Below, in pieces: positions 19,287 to 33,892 of a stretch of 64,000 nucleotides of DNA. The DNA is from an uncultured Gemmatimonadaceae bacterium (GTDB lineage: Bacteria; Gemmatimonadota; Gemmatimonadetes; Gemmatimonadales; Gemmatimonadaceae), in NCBI GenBank assembly GCA_963829055.1, contig CAWHHI010000016.1, positions 160,001 through 224,000 on the forward strand, read 5' to 3'. Position numbers and translations under genes: made by a program. Numbering within the stretch: the first letter of the stretch is position 1; every line of letters begins with the position of its first letter. Under the pieces are notes generated by a model that did not search any database, had not been told where the DNA came from, and was given only the letters and a program-made list of their open reading frames with translations.

Positions 19287-20714
19287 ATGACGACCGACAC
19301 GCGAATGGAAAAGGATCCACTCGGCCCGCTCGCCGTTCCGAGCGACGCGCTGTATGGAGTGCAGACCGTTCGCGCGCTGCAGAACTTTCCGATCAGCGGC
19401 CTGAAGCCGCTGTGGCCGTTCGTGCGGTCGCAGGTGTGGATCAAGAAGGCCGCGGCAATGACGCACCGCGAGACGGGACGACTCGACGCGAAGAGCGCAG
19501 ACGCGATCGTGCAGGCGGCGGACGAGGTGCTGGCGCGCAAGCACGATGCCCACTTCGTCGTCGATCCGTATCAGGCCGGCGCGGGAACGTCGCACAACAT
19601 GAACGTGAACGAGGTGCTCGCGAATCGGGCGAACGAGATCCTCGGCGGAAAGCGCGGCGAATACAAGCCGGTGCATCCGAACGACCATGTGAACATGGCG
19701 CAGTCCACGAACGACACGATCCCGACGAACATCCGGCTCTCGATACTCGCCGAACTGCCGGATTTGATCAAATCGTTCGAGACGCTGCGTGATTCGTTCG
19801 CTGAGAAGGGTCGTGAATTCGACCACATCGTGAAGGCCGGTCGCACACACCTGCAGGACGCGATGCCGATTCGCCTCGGCCAGGAATTCACCGCCTATGC
19901 GGGCTCGCTGGACCGCGCGCTGCGTCGCGTTCGAGAAGCGTCCGACTATCTCCGCGACCTCGGGATCGGCGGCAGCGCGGTTGGCACTGGCGTCACCGTC
20001 GAGAAGGAATATCCGGCGCTGATGAACAAGTACTTGCGAGAGATCACGGGGCTCGAGCTTCGCGTTGGGGCCGATCGCATTCAGCTCATGCAGAGCATGG
20101 GTGACGCTGCCGCCTTCAGCGCGACGCTCCGTGGGCTGGCCATCGATCTTAGCAAGATCGCGAGCGATCTCCGACTAATGGTCATGGGCCCGCGCACTGG
20201 CATCGACGAGATCACGCTACCCGCCGTGCAGCCCGGTTCTTCGATCATGCCTGGCAAAATCAATCCATCGATTCCCGAGATGGTGAACCAGGTGTGCTTC
20301 CAGGTCATCGGCTGCGATACGACAGTCGCCATCGCCGCCGAGCACGGGCAGCTCGAGCTCAACGTCATGATGCCCGTCATCGCGCATAACGTCTTGGTGT
20401 CGATGAGGATTCTGACCAACGCCGCGCGTATCCTCGCGGAGAAGACGGTGCAGGGCATCAAGGCGAACGAAGACATGTGCTCGTACTGGGTAGAACGGTC
20501 GGCGGCCCTGGCGACCGCGCTCATGCCGCACATCGGCTACGCGCGCGCCGCTGAGATCAGCAAGCAGTCGGTGAAGGAGGGCGTGTTGATTCGTGATCTC
20601 GTGAAGCGCGCGCATGTGCTTCCGGACGAACGGGTCGACGACTTACTCGATCTTCGCAAGATGACCGAGATCGGAGTTCCAGGCGGTGCACACAACGTCA
20701 GCGCCGGCGGCTGA
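19287..20714 (+). CDS. Aspartate ammonia-lyase / class II fumarate hydratase family
   Basis: YGVQTVRALQNFPISG, AGTSHNMNVNEVLAN, GRTHLQDA and GSSIMPGKINP signature. Confidence 0.92.
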   Translation: MTTDTRMEKDPLGPLAVPSDALYGVQTVRALQNFPISGLKPLWPFVRSQVWIKKAAAMTHRETGRLDAKSADAIVQAADEVLARKHDAHFVVDPYQAGAGTSHNMNVNEVLANRANEILGGKRGEYKPVHPNDHVNMAQSTNDTIPTNIRLSILAELPDLIKSFETLRDSFAEKGREFDHIVKAGRTHLQDAMPIRLGQEFTAYAGSLDRALRRVREASDYLRDLGIGGSAVGTGVTVEKEYPALMNKYLREITGLELRVGADRIQLMQSMGDAAAFSATLRGLAIDLSKIASDLRLMVMGPRTGIDEITLPAVQPGSSIMPGKINPSIPEMVNQVCFQVIGCDTTVAIAAEHGQLELNVMMPVIAHNVLVSMRILTNAARILAEKTVQGIKANEDMCSYWVERSAALATALMPHIGYARAAEISKQSVKEGVLIRDLVKRAHVLPDERVDDLLDLRKMTEIGVPGGAHNVSAGG

Positions 20715-20773
20715 GGTTCGTTGCTCCAGGTTTAGGGCTGACAGTCCGCTGGCGGCCGGTATAGCTTTCGGGC

Positions 20774-21229
20774 GTGCGAATCACCACGTGGGCGGAATAC
20801 GGGCTGATCTGCGCGCTTCACCTGGCGAAGCGCGCAGGCGAGGGGCCGATCACGGGACGCGAGATTGCCTCCGGTGAACGGTTGCCCGCGGACTATGTCG
20901 AGCAGATTCTCCTGCGCCTCCGCCGCGCCGACCTGGTGAAGAGCACTCGTGGCGCGCGAGGCGGATACATGCTCGCGCGGGCGGCGGCCGACATTTCGGT
21001 ACGCGAAATCATCGCCGCATCGGAGCTCGGAACGTTCGACCTCCACTGCGTCACCCATCCCGTCGGTGAAGAGCGCTGCGCCGAATCGCAGAGCTGCAGC
21101 ATCCGCCCTGTGTGGATGATGCTGCAGCAGAAGATCGACGACGTGCTCCAGAGCGTGCACCTGGCTGATCTGCTGGTCGATGAGCGCGCCGTTCGGCAGC
21201 GTGTCGGGCTTCCTGTCCTCACAGTCTGA
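20774..21229 (+). CDS. Rrf2-family transcriptional regulator (IscR-like, three Cys)
   Basis: YVEQILLRLRRADLVKSTRGARGGYML; HC..ERC..SCSI. Confidence 0.9.
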   Translation: MRITTWAEYGLICALHLAKRAGEGPITGREIASGERLPADYVEQILLRLRRADLVKSTRGARGGYMLARAAADISVREIIAASELGTFDLHCVTHPVGEERCAESQSCSIRPVWMMLQQKIDDVLQSVHLADLLVDERAVRQRVGLPVLTV

Positions 21230-21245
21230 TCGGCACCGGCCGCCC

Positions 21246-21833
21246 GTGGTGGCACCTTCGTTCTTCGCCGTCTGGCGTCAGCAGCGTCAGCTGCGACGGA
21301 GCGCCGCGTCCTATGTGCTCAGTCTTCTCACCGAGCCCGGCCCTGAAGACGTTAGCTGGCTGAGCGACGTCGCGACGCGCGGTGACGCGGACCGCGCACG
21401 CTGGGAGCTTCGCTACGCTCGCCGAGCCGCTGGGCTTCTCTCGGCGGCGCGTGACGCACTCGACGACCGCACGGCGTCGGCCGTCGCGCACGAGATCGGG
21501 GAGAGTTGGGCGAAGGACCGGAACATCGCGGCCGAGATGCGCCACGCGGCAGAGCAGCAGTTCAACGCTCGGCTCCGGTCGCTTGGTCAGGCCATGGCGG
21601 CGCGCTCGTCGCCCGAGCCGACCTCGACCCGACTCGGACGTGCATTGCTCACCGCGGCCGGCGCCCGGAACCCCTCGGCGGCCGACACCGATCGAGCAGG
21701 CGGCATCGTCTCGGAGTATCTCGAACAAGCCAACGAGGCGCTCCGCCGGGTTTTCGGAACGGCGGCGCTTCCGGAGAACCTGCCACCGTCGGCAGTCCAG
21801 GCTGGGGGACCGACCACTACGCCGCGTCGCTGA
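21246..21833 (+). CDS. Hypothetical helical protein
   Basis: Co-oriented ORF with normal codon usage; no motif recognised; start uncertain. Confidence 0.55.
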   Translation: MVAPSFFAVWRQQRQLRRSAASYVLSLLTEPGPEDVSWLSDVATRGDADRARWELRYARRAAGLLSAARDALDDRTASAVAHEIGESWAKDRNIAAEMRHAAEQQFNARLRSLGQAMAARSSPEPTSTRLGRALLTAAGARNPSAADTDRAGGIVSEYLEQANEALRRVFGTAALPENLPPSAVQAGGPTTTPRR

Positions 21834-21910
21834 GCCCAAGATCGCTGGGGGCGGATGCACGAGCGGCGCAGACGCTCGTCACGTCTACGCCGCTCGCGTA
21901 CTTCTCAGGG

Positions 21911-21995
<85 letters not shown>

Positions 21996-22154
21996 AGGGA
22001 GCAGAAACGTATCGGAGCCCATAGTGAAAGGCAACGCTACGCGCGTCCACGTGCGCGTCCACTTTGCCAGGGCTACGAGCCATCCTATTCTTTCGTGACG
22101 TTGCGGCGTTCGGCCGCCGCTCGCGCGCTGCCGCCTGCCGTATCGACCTGACCG

Positions 22155-22624
22155 ATGGCTCAAGAGAAAAAGAGGACGACCGCCAGATAGTCGCGCGGAA
22201 CAAGCGCGCGCGCCACGACTACCACATTCTGGATAGTTGGGAGGCGGGCCTCGTGCTGACCGGAACCGAGGTGAAGTCGTTGCGCGACGGCAAGGCGACG
22301 ATGGCGGACGCGTATGCCTTGGTGAAGGACGGCGAAGTGTTTCTGCTCAACCTGCACATCTCGCCGTACGAAAAAGGCAACCAGTTCAACCACGAACCGA
22401 CGCGAACGCGGAAACTGTTGCTACACCGGAAGGAGATCCGTCGGTTGATTGGATCGGTCGAGCGGCAGGGCCTCACGCTGATTCCGCTCGAGTTGTACTT
22501 CCGCGGAGGAGTGGCGAAGGTGAATATCGCGTTAGGCAAGGGCAAGAAGTTGCACGACAAGCGCGCGGACGACCGCAAGAAGACAGACGAGCGCGACATG
22601 GCGCGCGTGGCGCGCGTGCGATGA
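22155..22624 (+). CDS. smpB: SsrA-binding protein (apparent 1-nt loss in the A-run near 22167 puts ATG 22155 out of frame)
   Basis: RNKRARHDY, EAGLVLTGTEVKSLR, RKLLLHRKEI and GKGKKLHDKR. Confidence 0.93.
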
Positions 22625-23781
22625 TTCTGACGCTGGCGCTCCTGTTCCAGCAGGCGGCAGCCCAGCCGTTCTCCAGCGTCACGATCCGGAACGGCGAACG
22701 ATCGGCTACGGTGCCCGTCGTCCTCGTCGACCGGGGCCCGGCTGTCGCCGCGGACGCGCTGGCCGAAGCGCTCGGCGGACAGGTCGACGCGCGCGGCAAG
22801 GACGAGTTCACCGTTTCACTCGCCGGCCTGCGCGTTCTGGTGACGCCAAACGTTCCGTTCGTGCGCATCGGTGACCAGACACTCCCGCTTACGGCGGAAC
22901 CGACGCTTCGCGGGGGGAAGTTGCTGCTGCCGTATACGTTCGTGAGCGACTTCCTGCCACGCATCGCGAGCGGCGTCACGTTCGATGCTCGGCGCGCTGT
23001 ACTGCAGCGCCAACTGGCGAGCGGTCCTCCTGCCTCATCCCGCAAGACCAAGTCGAACTTCTTCACTGTGGTCGTGGACGCCGGACATGGTGGCCCCGAC
23101 AGAGGCATGCACGGGCCGATCGGCGCGAGCTGGCAGATGAACGAGAAGGACATCACGCTCGACGTCGCGCTCGCGCTTCGCGATGTGCTGTCCGAGCGCG
23201 GAGCAGCCGTGATCATGACGCGGTCCACCGATACACTGATCGCGCTCAATGACCGCGGGCGCATCGCGAATGCGAAGAAAGGCGATGTGTTTGTCTCGAT
23301 CCACGTCAACGCGGCGAACCCGCGTTGGAAGCAGCCGGGTGCCGCGCGTGGCTTCGAGACGTATTTTCTTTCCGAGGCCCGCACCGAAGACGCGCGCCGA
23401 GTGGAGGCGATGGAGAACGAGGTAGTGAAGTACGAGATCGCAAACAACGTCGCCGCCAATGACCCGTTGAGCTTCATCGTGCACGACATGGAGCAGAACC
23501 AGCACCTTCGTGAATCGAGCGAGCTCGCTGCCACCGTGCAGCGTTCGCTCGCGAAGATGCATCCGGGTCCGGACCGTGGCGTGAAGCAAGCCGGCTTCCG
23601 TGTGCTGGTGACCGCGTTCATGCCCGCCGTGCTCGTCGAGATCGGTTTCGGGACCAACGAGACGGAAGCACGATACCTCCGCGATCCTCGCCGGCAGCGG
23701 GAGATCGCGACATCCATCGCGGACGCCACGATGCAATACCTGGCTGCGTATCAACGGCGTACGAGCGCCACGGGGCAGTGA
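22621..23781 (+). CDS. N-acetylmuramoyl-L-alanine amidase (Amidase_3)
   Basis: Signal peptide; VVDAGHGGPD, EKDITL, FVSIHVNA, GFETYFL and PAVLVEIGF. Confidence 0.92.
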   Translation: MILTLALLFQQAAAQPFSSVTIRNGERSATVPVVLVDRGPAVAADALAEALGGQVDARGKDEFTVSLAGLRVLVTPNVPFVRIGDQTLPLTAEPTLRGGKLLLPYTFVSDFLPRIASGVTFDARRAVLQRQLASGPPASSRKTKSNFFTVVVDAGHGGPDRGMHGPIGASWQMNEKDITLDVALALRDVLSERGAAVIMTRSTDTLIALNDRGRIANAKKGDVFVSIHVNAANPRWKQPGAARGFETYFLSEARTEDARRVEAMENEVVKYEIANNVAANDPLSFIVHDMEQNQHLRESSELAATVQRSLAKMHPGPDRGVKQAGFRVLVTAFMPAVLVEIGFGTNETEARYLRDPRRQREIATSIADATMQYLAAYQRRTSATGQ

Positions 23782-24731
23782 GCCGACCGAACGTCGCCAC
23801 TGCTCGTGACGGTCGACTCGGCGTCGACTTCTGCGGCGTTCGATTTCAGAATCCGATTCTTCTCGCGGCGGGAACTGCGGCGTACGGCGAAGAGCTCGAC
23901 GACGTCGTGCAACTCGACCGGCTCGGTGGGATCATCACGAAAGCCGTGAGCCTGGAGCCGAGGCACGGCGCGCCGTCGCCGCGAGTGGCGGAGTTCGATG
24001 GCGGGATGATGAATGCGGTGGGGCTCGCAAACCCGGGTGTCGTACAGGTCCGCGAGCGACACCTGCCGTGGCTCGGGAAACGGTTGCCTAACGCGCGCAC
24101 GATCGTGAACGTCATCGGCTTTCAACCCGACGAGTTCCCGCGCGTGATCGAGGAGCTCGGCGACGACGCGCCCGTTCACGGCTTCGAGCTCAACGTGAGT
24201 TGTCCGAACACGAAGGCCGGGGGCGTCGAGTTCGGTGCGGACCCGGCGGCGTTGCGTGAAGTCGTTGCAGGCGCGCGAGCGGTGACGCAACGGCCGTTGA
24301 TCGTCAAACTCGCGCCGACGCTCGCCGATATTGGCGGCGCGGCACGTATCGCGGTCGATGCTGGCGCTGACGCGATCAGCGTGGTGAACACGATTCCCGG
24401 GCTCGCCATCAATGTCGAACGTCGTCGGCCTGCACTCGGCTATGGGACTGGCGGTATCAGCGGGCCGGGGCTTCTTCCGGTTGGCGTGCTGGCGACGTGG
24501 AAGGTCCGCAAAGCAACCAAAGCACCGATCATTGGGATCGGAGGCATCAGCAGCGTGGACGGCGTGCTTCAGTATCTCATTGCCGGTGCATCGCTCGTCG
24601 CGGTGGGCACTGGCGCGCTCAGGGATCCGCGATTGCCCGAGCGGCTCGTGCGTGAGCTCGACGCGTGGTGCGCCGCGCACGGTATACGGTCTCTCACAGA
24701 AATCACCGGCACTCTCGAGTGGCCCACATGA
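23778..24731 (+). CDS. pyrD: Dihydroorotate dehydrogenase (family 1) catalytic subunit
   Basis: NAVGLANPG, ELNVSCPN, VKLAP, NTIPG and GGISGP. Confidence 0.93.
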   Translation: MSRPNVATARDGRLGVDFCGVRFQNPILLAAGTAAYGEELDDVVQLDRLGGIITKAVSLEPRHGAPSPRVAEFDGGMMNAVGLANPGVVQVRERHLPWLGKRLPNARTIVNVIGFQPDEFPRVIEELGDDAPVHGFELNVSCPNTKAGGVEFGADPAALREVVAGARAVTQRPLIVKLAPTLADIGGAARIAVDAGADAISVVNTIPGLAINVERRRPALGYGTGGISGPGLLPVGVLATWKVRKATKAPIIGIGGISSVDGVLQYLIAGASLVAVGTGALRDPRLPERLVRELDAWCAAHGIRSLTEITGTLEWPT

Positions 24732-25453
24732 GCACGACTCCGATCGTCGCGTTGGACGTTCCCTCGGCCGACGACGCGCTCGCTGTCGTTCGGACGCTAG
24801 GAGAGCGGTGTCGATTCTACAAAATCGGCAACGAGCTCTTTACCGCGGCGGGTCCGAGCGTTGTCGAACGTGTGCGAGATACCGGCGCGCGAGTGTTTCT
24901 CGACCTCAAGCTGCACGACATCCCCAACACCGTGCGCGGCGCAGCGCGGTCGGCGGCGTCACTCGGCGCGAGTCTGCTCACGGTGCATGGCGTCGGGGGA
25001 ACCGAGATGGTCTCCGCTGCAGTTGAAGGAGCAGGGAATCAGTTGGGAATCCTGGTTGTTACCGTGCTGACATCGTTCGATGATCGCACATTAGGCGAGG
25101 CGACGGGCCGGCCGGAGATCTCAGCGTCGGCGGAGGTGGCGCGACTAGCTGACGTCGCGGCGCACGCGGGGGCGCATGGGATCGTGTGCTCGGGCGCCGA
25201 GGCGAGTGCAATGCGCGAGCGGTTCGGCGAGCGTCTCGCGCTGCTCATCCCCGGGATTCGCATGCGCGGCGGCGCCGTTCACGATCAGCGCCGAGTTGTT
25301 ACACCGGCTGAAGCGGCCGTTGCCGGCGCGCGTTACATCGTGGTCGGGCGGGCGGTGACTGGAGCGGCGGACCCGGCCAGCGCGATGGACGCGGTGATGG
25401 CGGAGCTCGAGTCGGACGGACACTGCACAACGAATACCGTGTCCCTTGCATAG
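24728..25453 (+). CDS. pyrF: Orotidine-5'-phosphate decarboxylase
   Basis: IVALD, FLDLKLHDIPNTV, VTVLTS, PGIR and VVGRAV. Confidence 0.95.
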   Translation: MSTTPIVALDVPSADDALAVVRTLGERCRFYKIGNELFTAAGPSVVERVRDTGARVFLDLKLHDIPNTVRGAARSAASLGASLLTVHGVGGTEMVSAAVEGAGNQLGILVVTVLTSFDDRTLGEATGRPEISASAEVARLADVAAHAGAHGIVCSGAEASAMRERFGERLALLIPGIRMRGGAVHDQRRVVTPAEAAVAGARYIVVGRAVTGAADPASAMDAVMAELESDGHCTTNTVSLA

Positions 25454-25518
25454 CGGCTGTAAGCCCGTTAATCTGAGTGTCTTGGCCGAAATTATCTTTG
25501 TTTTTACTGGAGCGCCCT

Positions 25519-25635
25519 GTGAAAGTTCGCAGCAGCGTTAAGCCGATCTGTGAGCACTGTCGAGTCGTGAAGCGCAGCGGCGTCACGCGCATCATCTGCA
25601 AGCGCAACCCCAAGCACAAGCAGCGTCAAGGTTAG
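25519..25635 (+). CDS. rpmJ: 50S ribosomal protein L36 (Zn-ribbon type); missing from the ORF track
   Basis: GTG start; [38 protein letters not shown]. Confidence 0.96.
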   Translation: MKVRSSVKPICEHCRVVKRSGVTRIICKRNPKHKQRQG

Positions 25636-25637
25636 AT

Positions 25638-26015
25638 ATGGCTCGAATTGCTGGCGTTGACCTCCCGCGTGACAAGAAGGTCGAGATCGGTCTCACGTAC
25701 ATCTATGGGATCGGCCGTTCCATTGCACGCAGAATTCTGCAGACCACGGGCGTGAGCTCGGATCTGCGCGTCCGTGATCTCAATGACGCCGACGTGAATC
25801 GGCTGCGGCAGGCGATCGAACGCGATTATCGCGTCGAGGGCGCTCTGCGCACCGAGGTGGCGATGAACATCAAGCGATTGATGGACATCGGCTCCTATCG
25901 GGGCATCCGCCACCGTCGTGGTCTGCCGGTGCGCGGTCAGCGGACGCATACGAATGCCCGTACGAAGAAGGGTCCACGCCGCGCAATCGCCGGCAAGAAG
26001 AAGGTGACCAAGTAG
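25638..26015 (+). CDS. rpsM: 30S ribosomal protein S13
   Basis: [10 protein letters not shown]...[23 protein letters not shown]. Confidence 0.98.
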   Translation: MARIAGVDLPRDKKVEIGLTYIYGIGRSIARRILQTTGVSSDLRVRDLNDADVNRLRQAIERDYRVEGALRTEVAMNIKRLMDIGSYRGIRHRRGLPVRGQRTHTNARTKKGPRRAIAGKKKVTK

Positions 26016-26019
26016 TCAT

Positions 26020-26397
26020 ATGGCAACTGCGAAGAAGACCAAGCGCGTGATCGAGGCGGAGGGAGTCGCCCACATCAGCGCGACGTTCAACAATACGACG
26101 ATCACGATCTCCGACACGCACGGGAACACCGTGTCCTGGGGGTCGTCAGGCAAGGCCGGCTTCAAGGGATCCAAGAAGTCGACGCCATTCGCCGCGACGG
26201 TCGCCGCGGAGCAGGCAGCGCGAGAAGCGATGTCGCTCGGCGTTCGGCGCGTGCACGTGCGCGTTCAGGGTCCCGGGTCGGGACGCGAGTCGGCCATTCA
26301 GGCGCTCGCGTCCGCTGGCTTGCAGGTGAAGTCGATCAAGGACGTGACGCCGATCCCGCACAACGGCTGCCGTCCTCCCAAGCGACGGAGAGTCTAA
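26020..26397 (+). CDS. rpsK: 30S ribosomal protein S11
   Basis: [23 protein letters not shown] and [18 protein letters not shown]. Confidence 0.98.
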   Translation: MATAKKTKRVIEAEGVAHISATFNNTTITISDTHGNTVSWGSSGKAGFKGSKKSTPFAATVAAEQAAREAMSLGVRRVHVRVQGPGSGRESAIQALASAGLQVKSIKDVTPIPHNGCRPPKRRRV

Positions 26398-26400
26398 CCA

Positions 26401-27036
26401 ATGTCACGTTACACCGGTCCCAGCTGCCGTCAGTGCCGCCGCGAAGGGACGAAGCTGTTCTTGAAGGGAACGAAGTGCTTCACCGAGAAGTGCCCGGTCG
26501 AGCGTCGTCCGTATGCGCCGGGTCAGCACGGCCAGAACACGGCGCGTCGCCGCAAGTCGTCCGAGTATTCCAAGCAGCTTCGCGAGAAGCAGAAGATCAA
26601 GCGCATCTACGGCGTGAGCGAGCGGCAGTTCCGTAACACGTTCGAGCGTGTGGCGTCGCTCCCCGGCATCACTGGCCACAACCTTCTCGCAGCACTCGAG
26701 AGCCGGTTGGACAACGTGGTGTATCGCATGGGTTTCGCCGCGAGCCGTAAATCAGCGCGTCAGCTCATTCGTCACCGCCACGTCGAGATCAACCAGCACA
26801 CCGTCGACGTGCCGAGCTATCTCGTCGATCCCGGCGAGGAAGTGCGCGTTCGCATGAAGTCGCGTGAGATGGTCGCGATCATGGCCGCGATGGATCAGGC
26901 GACCCGTGGCGCTCCGCTCTCGTGGATCGCGGTGGATCGCGACACGTTCAGTGGCCGGATGCTCGAGCGTCCGCAGAGGACCAGCATTCCGATCGCCGCA
27001 CAGGAGCAACTCGTAGTCGAGTTGTACTCTAAGTAA
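26401..27036 (+). CDS. rpsD: 30S ribosomal protein S4 (Zn-binding type)
   Basis: MSRYTGPSCRQCRREG..KC, LESRLDNVVYRMGF and VVELYSK. Confidence 0.98.
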   Translation: MSRYTGPSCRQCRREGTKLFLKGTKCFTEKCPVERRPYAPGQHGQNTARRRKSSEYSKQLREKQKIKRIYGVSERQFRNTFERVASLPGITGHNLLAALESRLDNVVYRMGFAASRKSARQLIRHRHVEINQHTVDVPSYLVDPGEEVRVRMKSREMVAIMAAMDQATRGAPLSWIAVDRDTFSGRMLERPQRTSIPIAAQEQLVVELYSK

Positions 27037-27039
27037 GCC

Positions 27040-27114
27040 GGGAACCGGGAACGAGGAACTGGGAAACTGACGCACTGCGCCGTTCCCGGTTCCCAGGTCC
27101 CAGTTCCCGTTTTT
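27040..27114. repeat. Degenerate (GGGAACN)x4 / (NGTTCCC)x4 inverted heptamer array followed by a T-run; possible terminator
   Basis: gggaacc gggaacg aggaact gggaaac ... cgttccc ggttccc aggtccc agttccc gttttt. Confidence 0.75.
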
Positions 27115-27215
27115 GGTCGGGGCCCTAGTCCCCATACGAGCTCACCGCGCGCTAGGGGCGGGGTGAGGCGTTGCCGAGGCGATGTCTCGGTATGACCGTT
27201 CAAAACAGCGAATAC

Positions 27216-28286
27216 ATGGCACAAGTCATCGATCTTACCGGGTTGGTTCGTCCGCAGCTGGTCGAAGCTACCAAGCGCGACGACAACACGAACATCGCGG
27301 AGTTCCGCCTCCAGCCGCTGGAGCGTGGCTTCGGCCACACGCTCGGCAACGCGATGCGGCGCATGCTGCTCTCGTCGCTGCGCGGCTCCGCCGTTTGGGG
27401 CTTCCGCATTGACGGCGTCGTTCACGAGCACCAGACCATCCCTGGGGTGGTCGAGGACGTGCACCAGATCATCGCGAACCTGAAGACGCTCACGATGTCG
27501 CTCGCCGATGACCTCGACGAGGCGATTCTCCGCATCTCCAAGTCCGAAGCCGGCCCGATTACGGCAGCCGACATTCAGGACCAGAGCGGCGTGAAGGTCA
27601 TCGACCAGCGTCACCACCTGTTCACGCTCCAGGACGATCGCGACATCAACGTCGAACTGTACGTGAACAAGGGCCGCGGGTACATCGAAGCCGACCAGCA
27701 CGTGATCGACCGTGGACTTCCGATCGATCTCGTTCGCATCGATTCGATCTACAATCCGGTTCGTCGTGCGAACTTCACGGTGGCCGAGACGCGCGTTGGT
27801 CAGCGCACCGACTACGACCGCCTGATGCTGACGGTCGAGACGAACGGCACCATCACGCCGGAAGAGGCAGTGAGCTACGCCGCCGCGCTCGCGCAGACGC
27901 ACTTCCAGTACTTCGCGGGCTTCGGCTCGCACGCGTCGGCACCGGTGGGTGGTGGCGGCGAGCAGTCCACCGGCGATGCGCACCGGTTGGCGGAGCTCTT
28001 CCGCACGCCTATCGACGACCTCGAGTTGTCGGTGCGGTCGGTCAACTCGCTCAAGAACTCGAATATCCGCTCGCTGGGTGACCTGGTTCGCCAGACCGAA
28101 AGTCAGATCCTGCAGGTCAAGAATTTCGGGAAGAAGTCGCTGCAGGAGATCGCCGATCTCCTCGAGCGCGAAGGCTTGAATTTCGGGATGCGCTGGGACG
28201 AGAACGGCGAGGGCGTGCGGATCACCGATTGGGGAACGCCGCCGAGCCGCGCCGCCGCCAACGCGCCTGACGACGAAGAGGAGTAA
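27216..28286 (+). CDS. rpoA: DNA-directed RNA polymerase subunit alpha
   Basis: QPLERGFGHTLGNAMRRMLLSS, RVGQRTDYDRL, LELSVRSVNSL and NFGKKSL. Confidence 0.98.
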   Translation: MAQVIDLTGLVRPQLVEATKRDDNTNIAEFRLQPLERGFGHTLGNAMRRMLLSSLRGSAVWGFRIDGVVHEHQTIPGVVEDVHQIIANLKTLTMSLADDLDEAILRISKSEAGPITAADIQDQSGVKVIDQRHHLFTLQDDRDINVELYVNKGRGYIEADQHVIDRGLPIDLVRIDSIYNPVRRANFTVAETRVGQRTDYDRLMLTVETNGTITPEEAVSYAAALAQTHFQYFAGFGSHASAPVGGGGEQSTGDAHRLAELFRTPIDDLELSVRSVNSLKNSNIRSLGDLVRQTESQILQVKNFGKKSLQEIADLLEREGLNFGMRWDENGEGVRITDWGTPPSRAAANAPDDEEE

Positions 28287-28291
28287 GACCA

Positions 28292-28648
28292 ATGCGTCAT
28301 CGCAAGGCAGGACGGCAGCTACGTCGCACGAGCGAGCAGAAGCTCGCGTTGATGCGCAATCTCGCCACGTCACTCATCGAGTATGGCGCGATCGAGACCA
28401 CCGAGGCGAAGGCGAAGGAGCTGCGTCCGTTCGTGGAGAAGCTCATCACGAAGGCGCGCACCGGTACGCTGCATTCGCGTCGTCTCGCTGGACGTCACGT
28501 CCAGAAGCGTGAAGCCGCAGACAAGTTGTTCCAGGAACTTGGGCCACGCTTCGCCAAGCGTCCTGGTGGCTACACGCGCATTCTCAAGACTGGTCACCGC
28601 AAGGGTGACGGCGCCGAGATGGCGCGCATCGAGCTGATCGAGAGCTGA
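28292..28648 (+). CDS. rplQ: 50S ribosomal protein L17
   Basis: [25 protein letters not shown] and [10 protein letters not shown]. Confidence 0.98.
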   Translation: MRHRKAGRQLRRTSEQKLALMRNLATSLIEYGAIETTEAKAKELRPFVEKLITKARTGTLHSRRLAGRHVQKREAADKLFQELGPRFAKRPGGYTRILKTGHRKGDGAEMARIELIES

Positions 28649-28653
28649 GACCC

Positions 28654-28872
28654 ATGCCTATCAACCGCAACCGATGCTACTCCTGCGATCGCGGAGTCGC
28701 CTTCGGCAATAATGTTTCGCACGCGAACAACAAGACGCGTCGCACGTGGAAACCGAACCTGCAGGTCGTCCGCGTGGTCGTCGGTGAGCGCGTTCAACGC
28801 GTGAAGGTCTGCGCGCGATGCCTGCACGCCGGCAAAGTGCAGCGAGCCCCGCGCGGAGCGAGGGTCGCCTGA
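28654..28872 (+). CDS. rpmB: 50S ribosomal protein L28 (Zn-ribbon type)
   Basis: CYSC...[20 protein letters not shown]...VCARCL. Confidence 0.95.
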   Translation: MPINRNRCYSCDRGVAFGNNVSHANNKTRRTWKPNLQVVRVVVGERVQRVKVCARCLHAGKVQRAPRGARVA

Positions 28873-28895
28873 ACCCGAACGTGTCCGAAGAAAAC

Positions 28896-28923
28896 GGGAG
28901 CTCCTTCGGGGGCTCCCTTTTTT
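28896..28923 (+). terminator. Intrinsic terminator after rpmB
   Basis: GGGAGCTCC-TTCG-GGGGCTCCC stem-loop followed by TTTTTT. Confidence 0.9.
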
Positions 28924-28933
28924 CTGCCAATAG

Positions 28934-29938
<1,005 letters not shown>

Positions 29939-29940
29939 GA

Positions 29941-33240
<3,300 letters not shown>

Positions 33241-33257
33241 GCGCGACGGCCGGGACG

Positions 33258-33881
33258 ATGAGCGCGTTCATCCACGAATCCAGCTACGTCGATGATGGTG
33301 CCGTCATTGGTGACGGTACCAAGGTCTGGCACTTCTGTCACGTCATGGGCGGAGCTGTGATCGGCGAGCGCTGCAGTCTCGGCCAGAACGTGGTCGTGAT
33401 GCCCGGCACGCGCATCGGCAACAACGTCAAGATCCAGAACAACGTCTCGATCTACGAAGGCGTGGAACTCGAGGACGACGTGTTCTGCGGTCCGTCGATG
33501 GTGTTCACGAACGTCATCAATCCGCGCAGTCACGTGTCACGAAAACACGAGTACCAGCGCACGCTCGTTCGACGAGGGGCCACGATCGGCGCGAACGCGA
33601 CGATCGTCTGCGGTGCGACGCTCGGCGAGTACGCGTTCGTCGGAGCGGGTGCGGTCGTGACGAAGGACGTGAAATCGTACGCGTTGGTGACCGGAGTGCC
33701 TGCTCGGCAGGTTGGATGGATGTGTCGATGTGGGGAGAAGATTCCGGACTGCGGACAGCGGGAACAGGGCACGGAGCAACGCGGAACCGAGCGCCGCAAC
33801 GCGAATCGTCTGCGGTGCGTGCGGACACCGCCTACACGCTCGATGACGACAACTCGCGGCTCGCCGAAGCACCATGACTGA
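33258..33881 (+). CDS. WbpD/WlbB-like hexapeptide-repeat N-acetyltransferase (C-terminus probably frameshifted)
   Basis: [45 protein letters not shown] and GWMCRCG. Confidence 0.9.
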   Translation: MSAFIHESSYVDDGAVIGDGTKVWHFCHVMGGAVIGERCSLGQNVVVMPGTRIGNNVKIQNNVSIYEGVELEDDVFCGPSMVFTNVINPRSHVSRKHEYQRTLVRRGATIGANATIVCGATLGEYAFVGAGAVVTKDVKSYALVTGVPARQVGWMCRCGEKIPDCGQREQGTEQRGTERRNANRLRCVRTPPTRSMTTTRGSPKHHD

Positions 33882-33892
33882 GCATGACTGAG
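33873..33892 (+). repeat. 10-bp tandem duplication CATGACTGAG x2 at the gene junction
   Basis: Read directly; it duplicates the ATG/TGA junction. Confidence 0.9.
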
